This document shows positions 7,942 through 16,781 of a stretch of DNA of 16,882 nt, piece after piece. The stretch is from assembly GCA_913009355.1 (NCBI GenBank), contig CAJVYN010000033.1:1-16882 (forward strand), in the 5' to 3' direction. The first letter of the stretch is position 1, and the number at the start of each line of letters is the position of its first letter. The notes below the pieces were generated by a model. That model did no database searches. It worked only from the letters and a program-made list of their open reading frames with translations, and was not told the origin of the DNA. This DNA is from an uncultured bacterium. GTDB taxonomy: Bacteria; Planctomycetota; Phycisphaerae; Sedimentisphaerales; Anaerobacaceae. The position numbers were made by a program, and so were the translations under genes.

Positions 7942-7958
7942 ATGTCGGAGGTGATAAA

Positions 7959-8462
7959 ATGTCTATAATATTTCATTGTGAGCATTGCGGCAAAAAGATA
8001 GAAGCGGCGGACAACGCCGGCGGCAAATGGGGCAAGTGCCCGGCATGCCACAACAAGCTGTATGTCCCCGGCAGTAACTCCGGTGAAGAGCTGAAACTTG
8101 CGCCAATAGATGAAAACGACCAAGTGAAACAAAAACAACTGATGGCTGAAACGTATAAGATTACACAAGAGATATTGAGTGAAAGAGAAATTCCAAACGA
8201 CTCGGCTGAAACTACTGCTGCGGCCTCTGAAATAAGCGATAAACAATTGACGAATAACATAATTACCTGCCTGCGGCAAATGGCCGACGGTGAATTGAAC
8301 GAAGCACAAAAAACCACAGAATTGATAACCCCTTACGGCGCACAAGCCGTGAACATTCTCGACAGAATAGCACTTAGCGAAATGCCTGAGCCGGAATTGG
8401 CTGATATCCCCGGCCAGGTGCTTTCGGGTCTGATAAGAAAGATGCGCGACAGAATAAGCTGA
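7959..8462 (+). CDS. Hypothetical protein with an N-terminal zinc ribbon (CxxC-x17-CxxC) and an acidic helical C-terminal domain
   Basis: The start is chosen at the ATG at 7959 (MSIIFHCEHCGKK…GKCPACHNKLYVP). GGAGGTG lies 5 nt upstream. The upstream in-frame extension from the GTG at 7884 runs through the stem-loop and lacks an RBS. The antisense 214-aa ORF 7824..8468 is Cys/Phe/Leu-rich with no motif and is treated as a shadow ORF. Confidence 0.6.
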   Translation: MSIIFHCEHCGKKIEAADNAGGKWGKCPACHNKLYVPGSNSGEELKLAPIDENDQVKQKQLMAETYKITQEILSEREIPNDSAETTAAASEISDKQLTNNIITCLRQMADGELNEAQKTTELITPYGAQAVNILDRIALSEMPEPELADIPGQVLSGLIRKMRDRIS

Positions 8463-8703
8463 GGTCAATCGTCAGTTGATTGGAAAACTTTCTCAGAAGA
8501 TATCCCGAAACAGCCGCAATTTGCAAATCCACCCCGATTTTTTCGGTCTGTAAAAAATAACAGGCCAGACAATCCCCCTTTAATTTGGCTGAAGTGAAAC
8601 TATTTTTTATGTTTTATGTAGAAAGATTGCTTCGTCATTACGCTCCTCGCAATGACAGAAGGCTTGATTGAGCTTCATATTGAAACCTGGAAGGAAGTTT
8701 ATT

Positions 8704-10506
8704 ATGGCCGATGATACAACGGTGGTGCATATTACCCATGAAGCGGTGGGTAAAATCGGTGGTATAGGCGCTGTTCTGCAGGGCTTTTTCACGTCCAAAT
8801 CCTATCTTGACGCTGTTGGCCGTTCAATCCTTGTCGGACCATTGTTCAGCACTGAAGGGACTGTTTCAGAACGGCTTGGTGAAAACAGTGAAGTTTTGTA
8901 TTCCTCTGTAGATGGAGTTGTAAACACAGAGTATGCTTCGTATGCTTCGGCCTTCAGGGAAATCGAAGACTTCTACAATGCAGGTATCGTTTACGGCAGG
9001 CGAACATTTATTGACGAGCAGACAGGGATAAAAAGCTCGCCTGAAGTACTGCTGATTGATGTGAGGTGTATGGATAAAGGGCCGATTGACGAATTCAAAA
9101 AACGTCTGTTCGAGGAATTCGGCATTCGCAGTCATCTGTACGAACATCTGTGGGAATATGAACAATATGCAAGATTGGCACCGCCGGCAATTACCGCGCT
9201 GAAAGCAATCGGTGCAGCCAAAAGTTCAACGGTTGTTGTTTCCCACGAGTTTATGGGAATGCCCACAGCGTTGGCTGCTATCCTTGACCCTGCGTGTGAT
9301 TTCAAAACTGTTTTTTACGCCCACGAAGTGGCTACGATGCGACGCATTATAGAAGGACATCCCGGCCAGGATACGATGTTCTATAATGTTATCAAGCAGG
9401 CCCACAAAGATGGACTTTACACCAGCGATGTTTTCGGCGACCAGAGTTGTTTTTTCAAGCACGCTCTTGTGGAAGCGGCAGACTATTGCGATACTATATG
9501 CGCGGTGGGTGATTATGTAGTTGACGAATTGCTGTTTCTATCACCCGAATTTGAAACCGTCGGTATTGATATAGTTTATAACGGGATACCCGCATACAAA
9601 ATCAGCACTGTTGAGAAGCTGCAATCGAAAGAAAAACTGCAACTGTATTGTGAGAATCTATTGGGGTATAAGCCGGATTTTGTTTTCACGCATGTTACAA
9701 GACTGGTGCGGAGCAAGGGACTGTGGCGTGATTTGAGTGTGCTCCGTACAATAGAAAAAAAGTTTAGAACCCAGGGCAAAACAGGGGTGTTGTTTTTACT
9801 GTCCACCGAAGTTGCACAACGGCCCAGCCGGGATATTTATAATATGGAATCGGCATATAACTGGCCTGTGGCTCACCGTGAAGGCCAGCCGGACCTTTCC
9901 GGCGGTGAGGCAGGTTTCTATACGAAAGTGCAGGAATTCAACGCTCAAAGCCGTAATATAAAAATTATCTTTGTCAATCAGTTTGGCTTTGAGCCGAAAT
10001 ATTGCGGCGGGAGAATGCCGAAAGATATGGAATTTATGGATATCCGCAAGGGAAGCGACGTTGAGTTCGGACTGAGTATTTATGAACCGTTCGGGATAGC
10101 TCAGTTGGAACCGCTGGCTTTCGGCGGTATATGTGTGATCAGTAGTGTCTGCGGATGTGCAGGTTTTGTGCAGGACGTACTCGCCGAGGAAGGTACTAAG
10201 AACGTTATTATCGCCGACTATACTGATTTGGAAACTCGAGACTATGGCAATATCGAAGAACTGCTGCAGATTGACTCGTTGGTACGCGGCCGGATAGAAG
10301 AAAGTGTCAGTGAAAGGGTCGCAAACCGGATAATTCGGCACTTGCCCCAAAGCGAATCCGAAATTGAAGGTATGATTCAGGCCGGCTATGAGCTTGCAAA
10401 GAATATGAGCTGGGATGTAGTGATGAAAAATTACCTGCTGCCGAGTCTGCAAAAAACTCTGCACAAACAGTGCAGCAAAAGCATCTGCACAAAAACATAT
10501 CCCTAA
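8704..10506 (+). CDS. Large GT-B fold glycosyltransferase, glycogen(starch)-synthase-like (GT3/GT4-like)
   Basis: The N-terminal EAVGKIGGIGAVLQ resembles the E-x-A-x-KVGGI motif of GT3 glycogen synthases. The C-terminal EPFGIAQLEPLAFGGICV is an EX7E-type GT-B motif. The start is placed at ATGGCC 8704 (MADDTTVVHITHE…), preceded by the RBS AGGAAG. The ORF-track start at 8668 is less likely. The family assignment is from motif recall, not a search. Confidence 0.65.
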   Translation: MADDTTVVHITHEAVGKIGGIGAVLQGFFTSKSYLDAVGRSILVGPLFSTEGTVSERLGENSEVLYSSVDGVVNTEYASYASAFREIEDFYNAGIVYGRRTFIDEQTGIKSSPEVLLIDVRCMDKGPIDEFKKRLFEEFGIRSHLYEHLWEYEQYARLAPPAITALKAIGAAKSSTVVVSHEFMGMPTALAAILDPACDFKTVFYAHEVATMRRIIEGHPGQDTMFYNVIKQAHKDGLYTSDVFGDQSCFFKHALVEAADYCDTICAVGDYVVDELLFLSPEFETVGIDIVYNGIPAYKISTVEKLQSKEKLQLYCENLLGYKPDFVFTHVTRLVRSKGLWRDLSVLRTIEKKFRTQGKTGVLFLLSTEVAQRPSRDIYNMESAYNWPVAHREGQPDLSGGEAGFYTKVQEFNAQSRNIKIIFVNQFGFEPKYCGGRMPKDMEFMDIRKGSDVEFGLSIYEPFGIAQLEPLAFGGICVISSVCGCAGFVQDVLAEEGTKNVIIADYTDLETRDYGNIEELLQIDSLVRGRIEESVSERVANRIIRHLPQSESEIEGMIQAGYELAKNMSWDVVMKNYLLPSLQKTLHKQCSKSICTKTYP

Positions 10507-10599
10507 AAAATGATAGTTGTCCCTGTCAGCGGCAAGCAGGGGGTATCAATCATCAATTCCACTTGACTGCTTCCGATAGAATCCTTAAACTGTTCGGCT

Positions 10600-11214
10600 G
10601 TGGACAGTCCTGAGAAAAAACCAATTATCGGTATTTTAGGCGGTGTCGGCTCGGGCAAAAGCACCGTTGCAGCTGAGTTTGCCAAATTAGGCTGTAAGGT
10701 AATCGATGCGGACAAAATCGCCCACGAATTACTTGAGAGCGAAGCTGTAAAAGAAAAAATAGTCGCTTCTTTCGGGAAAGCCATTTTAGATTCGGCTGGG
10801 AAAATTAACCGTAAGAAACTGGGTGATGTAGTTTTTGCCGATGCCGATAAGCTCTCGTTGCTTAACAACATAATCCATCCTCTTGTTCTGGAACGGGCTG
10901 AGCAGCTTATAAAGCAGATAAATCGCCAAAATCAAATCAAGGCAATTGTGCTGGATATGCCTCTGTTGGCCGAAGTGGGTTGGGATAGGCGATGCGATAA
11001 GATCATTTTTGTTGACTGCAAACGGCAATTAAGGATAAATAGGGCGAAAAAACCAAGCCTTTTTGACGAAAATCAGCGTAAAATTAGAGAAAATTTTCAG
11101 ATTTCTCTGGACAACAAACGCAACATCGCCGATAATGTGATAAGTAACAATTCTGGCTTCTCGATATTGGTCAGGCAAGTCGTTGACATATTCTCTTGTA
11201 TTGTGGATAATTAA
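10600..11214 (+). CDS. coaE: Dephospho-CoA kinase
   Basis: P-loop IIGILGGVGSGKSTVA. The ~200 aa length and the overall CoaE pattern (…VIDADKIAHELL…NIIHPLV…) fit. The start is GTG at 10600. Confidence 0.85.
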   Translation: MDSPEKKPIIGILGGVGSGKSTVAAEFAKLGCKVIDADKIAHELLESEAVKEKIVASFGKAILDSAGKINRKKLGDVVFADADKLSLLNNIIHPLVLERAEQLIKQINRQNQIKAIVLDMPLLAEVGWDRRCDKIIFVDCKRQLRINRAKKPSLFDENQRKIRENFQISLDNKRNIADNVISNNSGFSILVRQVVDIFSCIVDN

Positions 11215-11243
11215 GTGAGTGGGGTTTATCATCGTAGGGCGCT

Positions 11244-11268
11244 CGCATCAGTAGCAATGCGTGTTTTT
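11244..11268 (+). terminator. Weak intrinsic-terminator-like hairpin after coaE
   Basis: The stem cgcat (11244-11248) pairs with atgcg (11257-11261) around an 8-nt loop, followed by tgttttt (11262-11268). It has only 5 bp, so it is marginal. Confidence 0.3.
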
Positions 11269-11421
11269 AATATATTTAGTTTCTACTATTTAAAATTCAA
11301 ATCTTATTGGATTCCGACGGGAAAACTATTTAACTAAATCATACCCCTGTTTTGGGTTTCCGCAAAGGCGGGGGCCTCGTAGGGGCGACAACTATATTTT
11401 GCAAATGGAAAAGGAGTAATT

Positions 11422-12909
11422 ATGGCTAAAGCCGCTGCAAAAACCGGGAAAGCCACAACAGCAAGAACTCGTAAAACCACAAAGAAAAAAACTGCCGCTG
11501 AAGAACAATCTTCCGCTGAACAGGCGGAACAAACGCAGCAACAGTCCAACTCAGCGGCAACTGCGGCAGAGAGTGCCGCACAAGCCGCGGAAAACAAAAA
11601 AGCTGAAGAAGAATCCACCCATGCCAAATACGAGCGGATTAAAAAAGGCGACTTGTATTTGACGGATTTGCAGAAACTGACCGTAACAGAACTGCACGAT
11701 ATCGCTAAGAAGGAAAATATTAAGGAATATACCGCTCTTAGAAAACAGGATTTGATTTTCAGAATTCTCAAAGAGCGCATTCGCCAAAACGGCCTGCTGT
11801 ACGGCGAGGGCGTGTTGGAAGTGCTGCCGGACGGTTACGGATTTCTGCGAAATCCGAGCTATAACTATCTGTCCAGCCCAGACGATATTTATGTCTCGCC
11901 GTCCCAAATCAGACGTTTCGGTCTGCGAACCGGAAACATCGTATCAGGGCAAATACGGCCGCCGAAAGACTCGGAGAAGTATTTTGCCCTGCTGCGTGTC
12001 GAAGCGATTAACTATGAAAACCCGGACAACCTTGCCGATAAGACCGTTTTCAGCGACCTGACACCACTGCATCCGGAGAACAGGCTCATACTGGAAACCA
12101 CATCCGGAGAATTGGGTATGCGAATAATCGATTTGGTGACGCCGGTAGGGAAAGGTCAGCGAGGCTTGATAGTCGCTCCGCCGCGAACAGGTAAGACAGT
12201 GCTGCTGCAAAAAATGGCAAATGCCATCAGTACGAATTGCCCCGAAGCAAAATTGATAGTGCTGCTGATTGACGAACGGCCCGAAGAAGTTACGGAAATG
12301 GAGCGAAAAACCGCTGAAGATGTCGAGGTTATAAGCTCCACCTTCGATGAACCGGCATCACGGCACTGCCAGGTGGCTGAGGTCGTAATCGAAAAGGCAA
12401 AACGACTTGTCGAGTACGGTGTAGATGTGGTAATTCTGCTGGACTCGATAACCCGCCTTGCACGTGCCTATAATACCGAAATGCCGCACTCGGGTAAAAT
12501 CCTGACCGGCGGTGTTGACGCCGGCGCAATGCAGATGCCGAAGAAATTTTTCGGTGCGGCAAGAAATGTCGAACACGGCGGTTCGCTGACTATATTCGCA
12601 ACTGCATTGATTGATACCGGCTCGAAAATGGACGAGGTTATCTTCGAAGAATTCAAGGCAACCGGCAATATGGAATTGCACCTCGACAGGCGACTGGTTG
12701 AAAGAAGGATCTGGCCGGCTATTGATATCAGCCGAAGCGGTACCAGAAGAGAAGAACTGCTGGTCGATAAAAAGGAACTTGAACTTGTGTATCGGTTGCG
12801 AAAAGTTCTTAGCGAATTGAACCCGACCGAAGCAATCGAACTGCTTAAAAGCAGGCTTGGCAAGTGCCGAAGCAACGCAGAGTTCCTGATGACAATGAAC
12901 ATCAGTTAA
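11422..12909 (+). CDS. rho: Transcription termination factor Rho with a ~75-aa low-complexity N-terminal extension
   Basis: Rho N-terminal domain ([21 protein letters not shown]), an OB-fold RNA-binding segment ([14 protein letters not shown]), Walker [16 protein letters not shown], and Q/R loops are all present. The N-terminus is K/A/T/E/Q-rich ([41 protein letters not shown]…). The RBS AAAGGAG precedes the ATG. Confidence 0.9.
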   Translation: MAKAAAKTGKATTARTRKTTKKKTAAEEQSSAEQAEQTQQQSNSAATAAESAAQAAENKKAEEESTHAKYERIKKGDLYLTDLQKLTVTELHDIAKKENIKEYTALRKQDLIFRILKERIRQNGLLYGEGVLEVLPDGYGFLRNPSYNYLSSPDDIYVSPSQIRRFGLRTGNIVSGQIRPPKDSEKYFALLRVEAINYENPDNLADKTVFSDLTPLHPENRLILETTSGELGMRIIDLVTPVGKGQRGLIVAPPRTGKTVLLQKMANAISTNCPEAKLIVLLIDERPEEVTEMERKTAEDVEVISSTFDEPASRHCQVAEVVIEKAKRLVEYGVDVVILLDSITRLARAYNTEMPHSGKILTGGVDAGAMQMPKKFFGAARNVEHGGSLTIFATALIDTGSKMDEVIFEEFKATGNMELHLDRRLVERRIWPAIDISRSGTRREELLVDKKELELVYRLRKVLSELNPTEAIELLKSRLGKCRSNAEFLMTMNIS

Positions 12910-13025
12910 GCCAAATTCACATTGTATATTGCGTATATCGTATTGCGCGATACACATCACGCACAACGTGTTTGTTCTGCTTGATTGTTTGCTTTACATT
13001 ATCGCTTGTTTTTATTAAGATGAAA

Positions 13026-13059
13026 TTCCGGCAGGTTGGTATTTCGCCGGAGTTTTTTT
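13026..13059 (+). terminator. Terminator/attenuator-like hairpin plus T7 tract between rho and valS
   Basis: The stem ttccggc (13026-13032) pairs with gccggag (13046-13052) around a 13-nt loop, followed by ttttttt 13053-13059. It sits 28 nt before the valS ATG. The loop is large, so the call is tentative. Confidence 0.4.
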
Positions 13060-13087
13060 ACAGGTAATTGTCTAAATCGGATAAGTT

Positions 13088-15958
13088 ATGGCGGAACAAC
13101 TCTCGAAAGTTTATGAGCCTGAAACAACAGAGAAACAGGCAAACGAAATCTGGTTTTCACACCCTTATTTTCACGCTGAAACGCCTCCGGATGGTGAAAA
13201 AAGCGGGCGGTCTTACACGATTGTAATCCCGCCGCCCAACGTTACGGCGCCGCTGCACCTCGGCCAAGCCCTGAACAACACTCTGCAGGATATTCTGATT
13301 CGCACAAAGAGAATGCAGGGCTTCAATACACTCTGGATGCCCGGCACCGACCACGCCGGTATCGCCACCCAGACGGTCGTTGAGAAACGAATCCTGGCGG
13401 AAGAAAACAAACGGCGGACGGATTTTGCGAGGGAGGACTTCATCGCCCGTGTGCAGGCATGGAAAGACGAATACGAAGCTAAAATTATCAGTCAGTTGAA
13501 AGCGATGGGCTGTTCGTGCGACTGGAGCAGAAAACGCTTTACGATGGATGAGGTTTGTGCAAAAGCCGTTCGGGCGGCGTTCTTCAAGCTCTTCAAAGAC
13601 GGGCTTATCTACCGCGGCAAACGGCTGGTCAACTGGGACCCGGCTACGCAGACGGTACTGGCTGACGATGAGGTCGAGCACGAGACGGTGCAGGGACATT
13701 TCTGGTATATGAGGTATCCGCTTGACGAGCCGGTCGAAATAAAAGGAGAGTGCATCGAGCATATTACCGTCGCTACTACGCGGCCTGAAACAATGCTCGG
13801 CGATACAGCCGTGGCGATGAACCCGGCAGATGGCCGGGCCGAATACCTAATCGGCAAAAAAGTTCGGCTGCCAATTGTAGGCCGGCTTATCCCTGTAATA
13901 GCAGATGAGCATGTTGTTCTGCCTGACCCTGAAAGTGATGACGAGAAAGCACGATTTTCAACGGGCTTTCTGAAGGTTACGCCGGCCCACGACCTGGACG
14001 ACTGGGAGATTGGCCTGCGGCATAATCTGGAGGTTATCAATGTGATGGCCCCGGACGGCTGTATCAGTGATAAGCACGGCTGGGAAGATGCAGGGCCAGA
14101 TGCAGAATTTTTACTTGGAATGGACCGTTTCGAAGCACGAGAGGCCATCGTTGAATGGTTCCGGAAGGAAAACCTCCTTGAGGATGTTCGCGAATATGTC
14201 CATGAGGTCGGCCACAGTTACCGCAGTCACGTACCTATCGAGCCGTACCTGTCTGACCAGTGGTATATCGCCGTGAAGAAGCCCATTGAACACTTGAAAG
14301 AAAAATTCGGTGAAGGTCTTATCGAAGGAACCGATGTGCCGGCAAATTCTCTGGCTGGTCTGGCACTGAAGCCATTGCTCGATAAACGCCTTCGATTCAT
14401 CCCCGAACGTTATGCTAAAACATATCAAGCGTGGCTGGAGAACCTGCGCGACTGGCCTATCAGCCGACAGCTCTGGTGGGGACATCGCATACCAATATGG
14501 TATTGTCAGGATTGCAGTGAAACCACAAGCGGACTTGAGGATCCGATAAAGTGCGAAAAATGCGGCTGCGATAATTTAGTCCGGGACCCGGATGTTTTAG
14601 ATACGTGGTTTTCTTCGGCGCTTTGGCCGTTCAGTACGTTAGGTTGGCCGGAAGAGACGGCGGAATTAAAAACGTTCTATCCGGGCAGTGTGCTCTGTAC
14701 AGCCCGTGAGATTATTACGCTGTGGGTATCACGTATGGTGATGATGGGCCAATATTGCGCCGGCGATATTCCTTTCCGTGACGTGTATATTCACGCTATG
14801 ATTCAGGATGGGCAGGGGCGCAAAATGTCCAAGAGCTTAGGCAATGGGATTGACCCGCTGGTGGCAATCGACAGCCATGGTGTAGATGCAATGCGGTTTA
14901 CTTTGGCCAGTATGACCACAGATACACAAGATGTTCGGATGCCGGTGGAAGCAATGAAGCTGCCTGACGGACGAGAAGTAAATACGTCGCCGAAATTTGA
15001 TGTCGGGCGAAACTTCTGTAATAAGCTCTGGAACGCATCACGCTTTGCGATGATGAACCTCGAGGGTATCCAGCCGGCCAAATTTGATAAAGACAAAATG
15101 ACAATCACCGATAGGTGGATTCTTTCCCGCCTTGCACAAACTATCGCTGAGGTTACTAAATCTTTAGATGAATTCAAATACAGTGAGCCGTTAACGGGTC
15201 TTTACAAATTCTTCTGGAATGATTTTTGCGACTGGTATCTTGAGTGGGTCAAACCAAGAATGCAGGACGAGCAGCAAAAGCCGATTGCTCAAAACGTACT
15301 TGCGTTTGTGCTGGACCAGACTTTGCGATTATTGCATCCGTTTGTGCCGTTCATTACTGAAGGGATATTCCAGAAGCTAAACGAGGTTGCGCCGGTAAGA
15401 GAACTCAAAGGCCTTGCGGAAGCTAAAGAGGCGGAAGCATTGGTTATCGCCCAATGGCCGAATGAGCAGGGTTGCTTCGTGGATAAGGAAGCCGAAAAAC
15501 AAATTGCAACTGTTCAGGCTGCAATTCGAGCCATAAGGGATATTAGAAGCAACAGAAACATACCGCCAAAGGAATTGTTAGTCGCAACCGCAAAGTCGCA
15601 GCAGACGACTGTTGACATTCTAAACCGTAACACAGAACTCATCGAGCAGTTGGCAGGAGTAAAAGAGTTTAAGGCTGGGACAGCGATTGTAAAACCTGTG
15701 ACCGCTGCAGTCGGAATTGCAGATGCAACAGAAGTTTATGTACATGGCGCAATTGATCCCAAAGCTGAGCGGCGGCGGTTGGAAAAACAGAAGGACAAAA
15801 TGGAAAAAATCAAAAAGGGCGTAGAGGCCAAGCTGAGTAATGAAAATTTTGTTACCAAAGCCAAGCCGGAAGTGGTGGCCCATGCCAGAGAAAAGCTGGC
15901 TGAATTAACAGAACAATTAGAAACGATTGAGAGACATCTGTCGGAATTAGGTAATTGA
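13088..15958 (+). CDS. valS: Valine--tRNA ligase
   Basis: 956 aa. It carries PPPNVT…LHLGQA (HIGH-region), KMSKS (KMSKSLGN), a CP1 editing region, a Cys4 cluster (CQDCSETTS…CEKCGC) and a C-terminal coiled-coil. The N-terminus MAEQLSKVYEP resembles E. coli MEKTYNP. Confidence 0.95.
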   Translation: MAEQLSKVYEPETTEKQANEIWFSHPYFHAETPPDGEKSGRSYTIVIPPPNVTAPLHLGQALNNTLQDILIRTKRMQGFNTLWMPGTDHAGIATQTVVEKRILAEENKRRTDFAREDFIARVQAWKDEYEAKIISQLKAMGCSCDWSRKRFTMDEVCAKAVRAAFFKLFKDGLIYRGKRLVNWDPATQTVLADDEVEHETVQGHFWYMRYPLDEPVEIKGECIEHITVATTRPETMLGDTAVAMNPADGRAEYLIGKKVRLPIVGRLIPVIADEHVVLPDPESDDEKARFSTGFLKVTPAHDLDDWEIGLRHNLEVINVMAPDGCISDKHGWEDAGPDAEFLLGMDRFEAREAIVEWFRKENLLEDVREYVHEVGHSYRSHVPIEPYLSDQWYIAVKKPIEHLKEKFGEGLIEGTDVPANSLAGLALKPLLDKRLRFIPERYAKTYQAWLENLRDWPISRQLWWGHRIPIWYCQDCSETTSGLEDPIKCEKCGCDNLVRDPDVLDTWFSSALWPFSTLGWPEETAELKTFYPGSVLCTAREIITLWVSRMVMMGQYCAGDIPFRDVYIHAMIQDGQGRKMSKSLGNGIDPLVAIDSHGVDAMRFTLASMTTDTQDVRMPVEAMKLPDGREVNTSPKFDVGRNFCNKLWNASRFAMMNLEGIQPAKFDKDKMTITDRWILSRLAQTIAEVTKSLDEFKYSEPLTGLYKFFWNDFCDWYLEWVKPRMQDEQQKPIAQNVLAFVLDQTLRLLHPFVPFITEGIFQKLNEVAPVRELKGLAEAKEAEALVIAQWPNEQGCFVDKEAEKQIATVQAAIRAIRDIRSNRNIPPKELLVATAKSQQTTVDILNRNTELIEQLAGVKEFKAGTAIVKPVTAAVGIADATEVYVHGAIDPKAERRRLEKQKDKMEKIKKGVEAKLSNENFVTKAKPEVVAHAREKLAELTEQLETIERHLSELGN

Positions 15959-15979
15959 GTTGGTAAAGGCGGTGTGAAA

Positions 15980-16375
15980 ATGGAGACGGAAGTCGAATTG
16001 TCGCGAATAATTATTAACGAAACGTCCGACCAGCAGATAATCGTCCTGAAAGAGCGTCACGGTCAGCGAAGCTTTCCTATCGTTATCGGTATAGTTGAGA
16101 TTTTTGCAATCGACCGCCGATTAAAAGGTATCAAGCCGCCTCGCCCGATGACACACGATTTACTGGACAGCGTAATCGAAAATCTCGGGGCTAAAATAGA
16201 AAAGATAGTTATAAACGACCTCAGAAACCATACCTTCTACGCAAAGATAACCTTAAGTTTGAATGGGCGAACCGTTGAAATTGATTCCCGTCCCTCCGAT
16301 GCGATTGCATTAGGGGCTGTATCAAATGCCCCTATCTATGTTGCTGAGCATGTTTTCGAGAAGACTTGTCAGTAA
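15980..16375 (+). CDS. DUF151 / bifunctional-nuclease-family (BFN) domain protein
   Basis: The …IDSRPSDAIALGA… motif is typical of the BFN/DUF151 family, and the size is ~130 aa. The start is taken at ATG 15980 (METEVEL…), with AAAGG 10 nt upstream. The GTG at 15974 has no spacing for an RBS. Confidence 0.7.
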   Translation: METEVELSRIIINETSDQQIIVLKERHGQRSFPIVIGIVEIFAIDRRLKGIKPPRPMTHDLLDSVIENLGAKIEKIVINDLRNHTFYAKITLSLNGRTVEIDSRPSDAIALGAVSNAPIYVAEHVFEKTCQ

Positions 16376-16781
16376 AAAAGCTTGAAATAATTATCAAGCC
16401 AACACCGAGACAAAGCATAGTGTCCGCGAGATTGAATGCCGGCCAATGCCTGCCCGGCCAGTAAACAACGTCGATAAAGTCACGCACTTTTCCATTATTA
16501 AAAATTCTATCGTAAAGATTGCCGCAAACGCCGGCAGTGAAAAGCGCAAGAGCAATGTACACCAGTTTATGCTCAGCTTTGCTGAAAAGAAACACTGTTA
16601 AGATTGCTATCAACGCAATAATCGAGACAGCTATTAATAAGCGACGCTGTCCCGTGGCTATCCCAAAAGCGGCGCCGGCGTTTTCCGCTGCCACCAACTG
16701 CAAAAAACCATTTATAATTGAGACGCCGACTCGCTGTTGCTGTAACCAGTCGAATACCGTACTTTTGCTCCATAAATCCAG
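16332..16781 (-). CDS. lspA: Lipoprotein signal peptidase II, 5'-truncated by the contig end and adapter
   Basis: …NAGAAFG…, WPAFNLADTMLC and the conserved DLWSK region (E. coli DLGSK) identify LspA. The first 29 codons of the ORF-track protein (…RRPPRSTLFPYTTLFRS) are translated Illumina adapter, so genuine sequence starts at 16781. The 3' end overlaps the convergent DUF151 gene by 44 nt. Confidence 0.8.
   Translation of the reverse strand: MDLWSKSTVFDWLQQQRVGVSIINGFLQLVAAENAGAAFGIATGQRRLLIAVSIIALIAILTVFLFSKAEHKLVYIALALFTAGVCGNLYDRIFNNGKVRDFIDVVYWPGRHWPAFNLADTMLCLGVGLIIISSFFTDKSSRKHAQQHR

Noticed and set aside
7824-8468. 214-aa minus-strand ORF antisense to the zinc-ribbon gene
   Set aside because: It is Cys/Phe/Leu/Arg-rich with no motif and no RBS. 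The plus-strand ORF has a strong RBS and a clean CxxC…CxxC ribbon.
11334-11780. 148-aa antisense ORF over the rho N-terminus, and other long antisense ORFs (12358..12966, 13609..14148, 9796..10464, 10503..10871)
   Set aside because: These are shadow ORFs in GC-rich or repetitive coding DNA. The sense strands encode unmistakable Rho, ValRS, GT and CoaE.
12864-13067. 67-aa ORF spanning the rho-valS intergenic region as a leader peptide
   Set aside because: It overlaps the rho 3' end out of frame, has no RBS, and is hydrophobic junk. The region is better explained by a terminator/attenuator.
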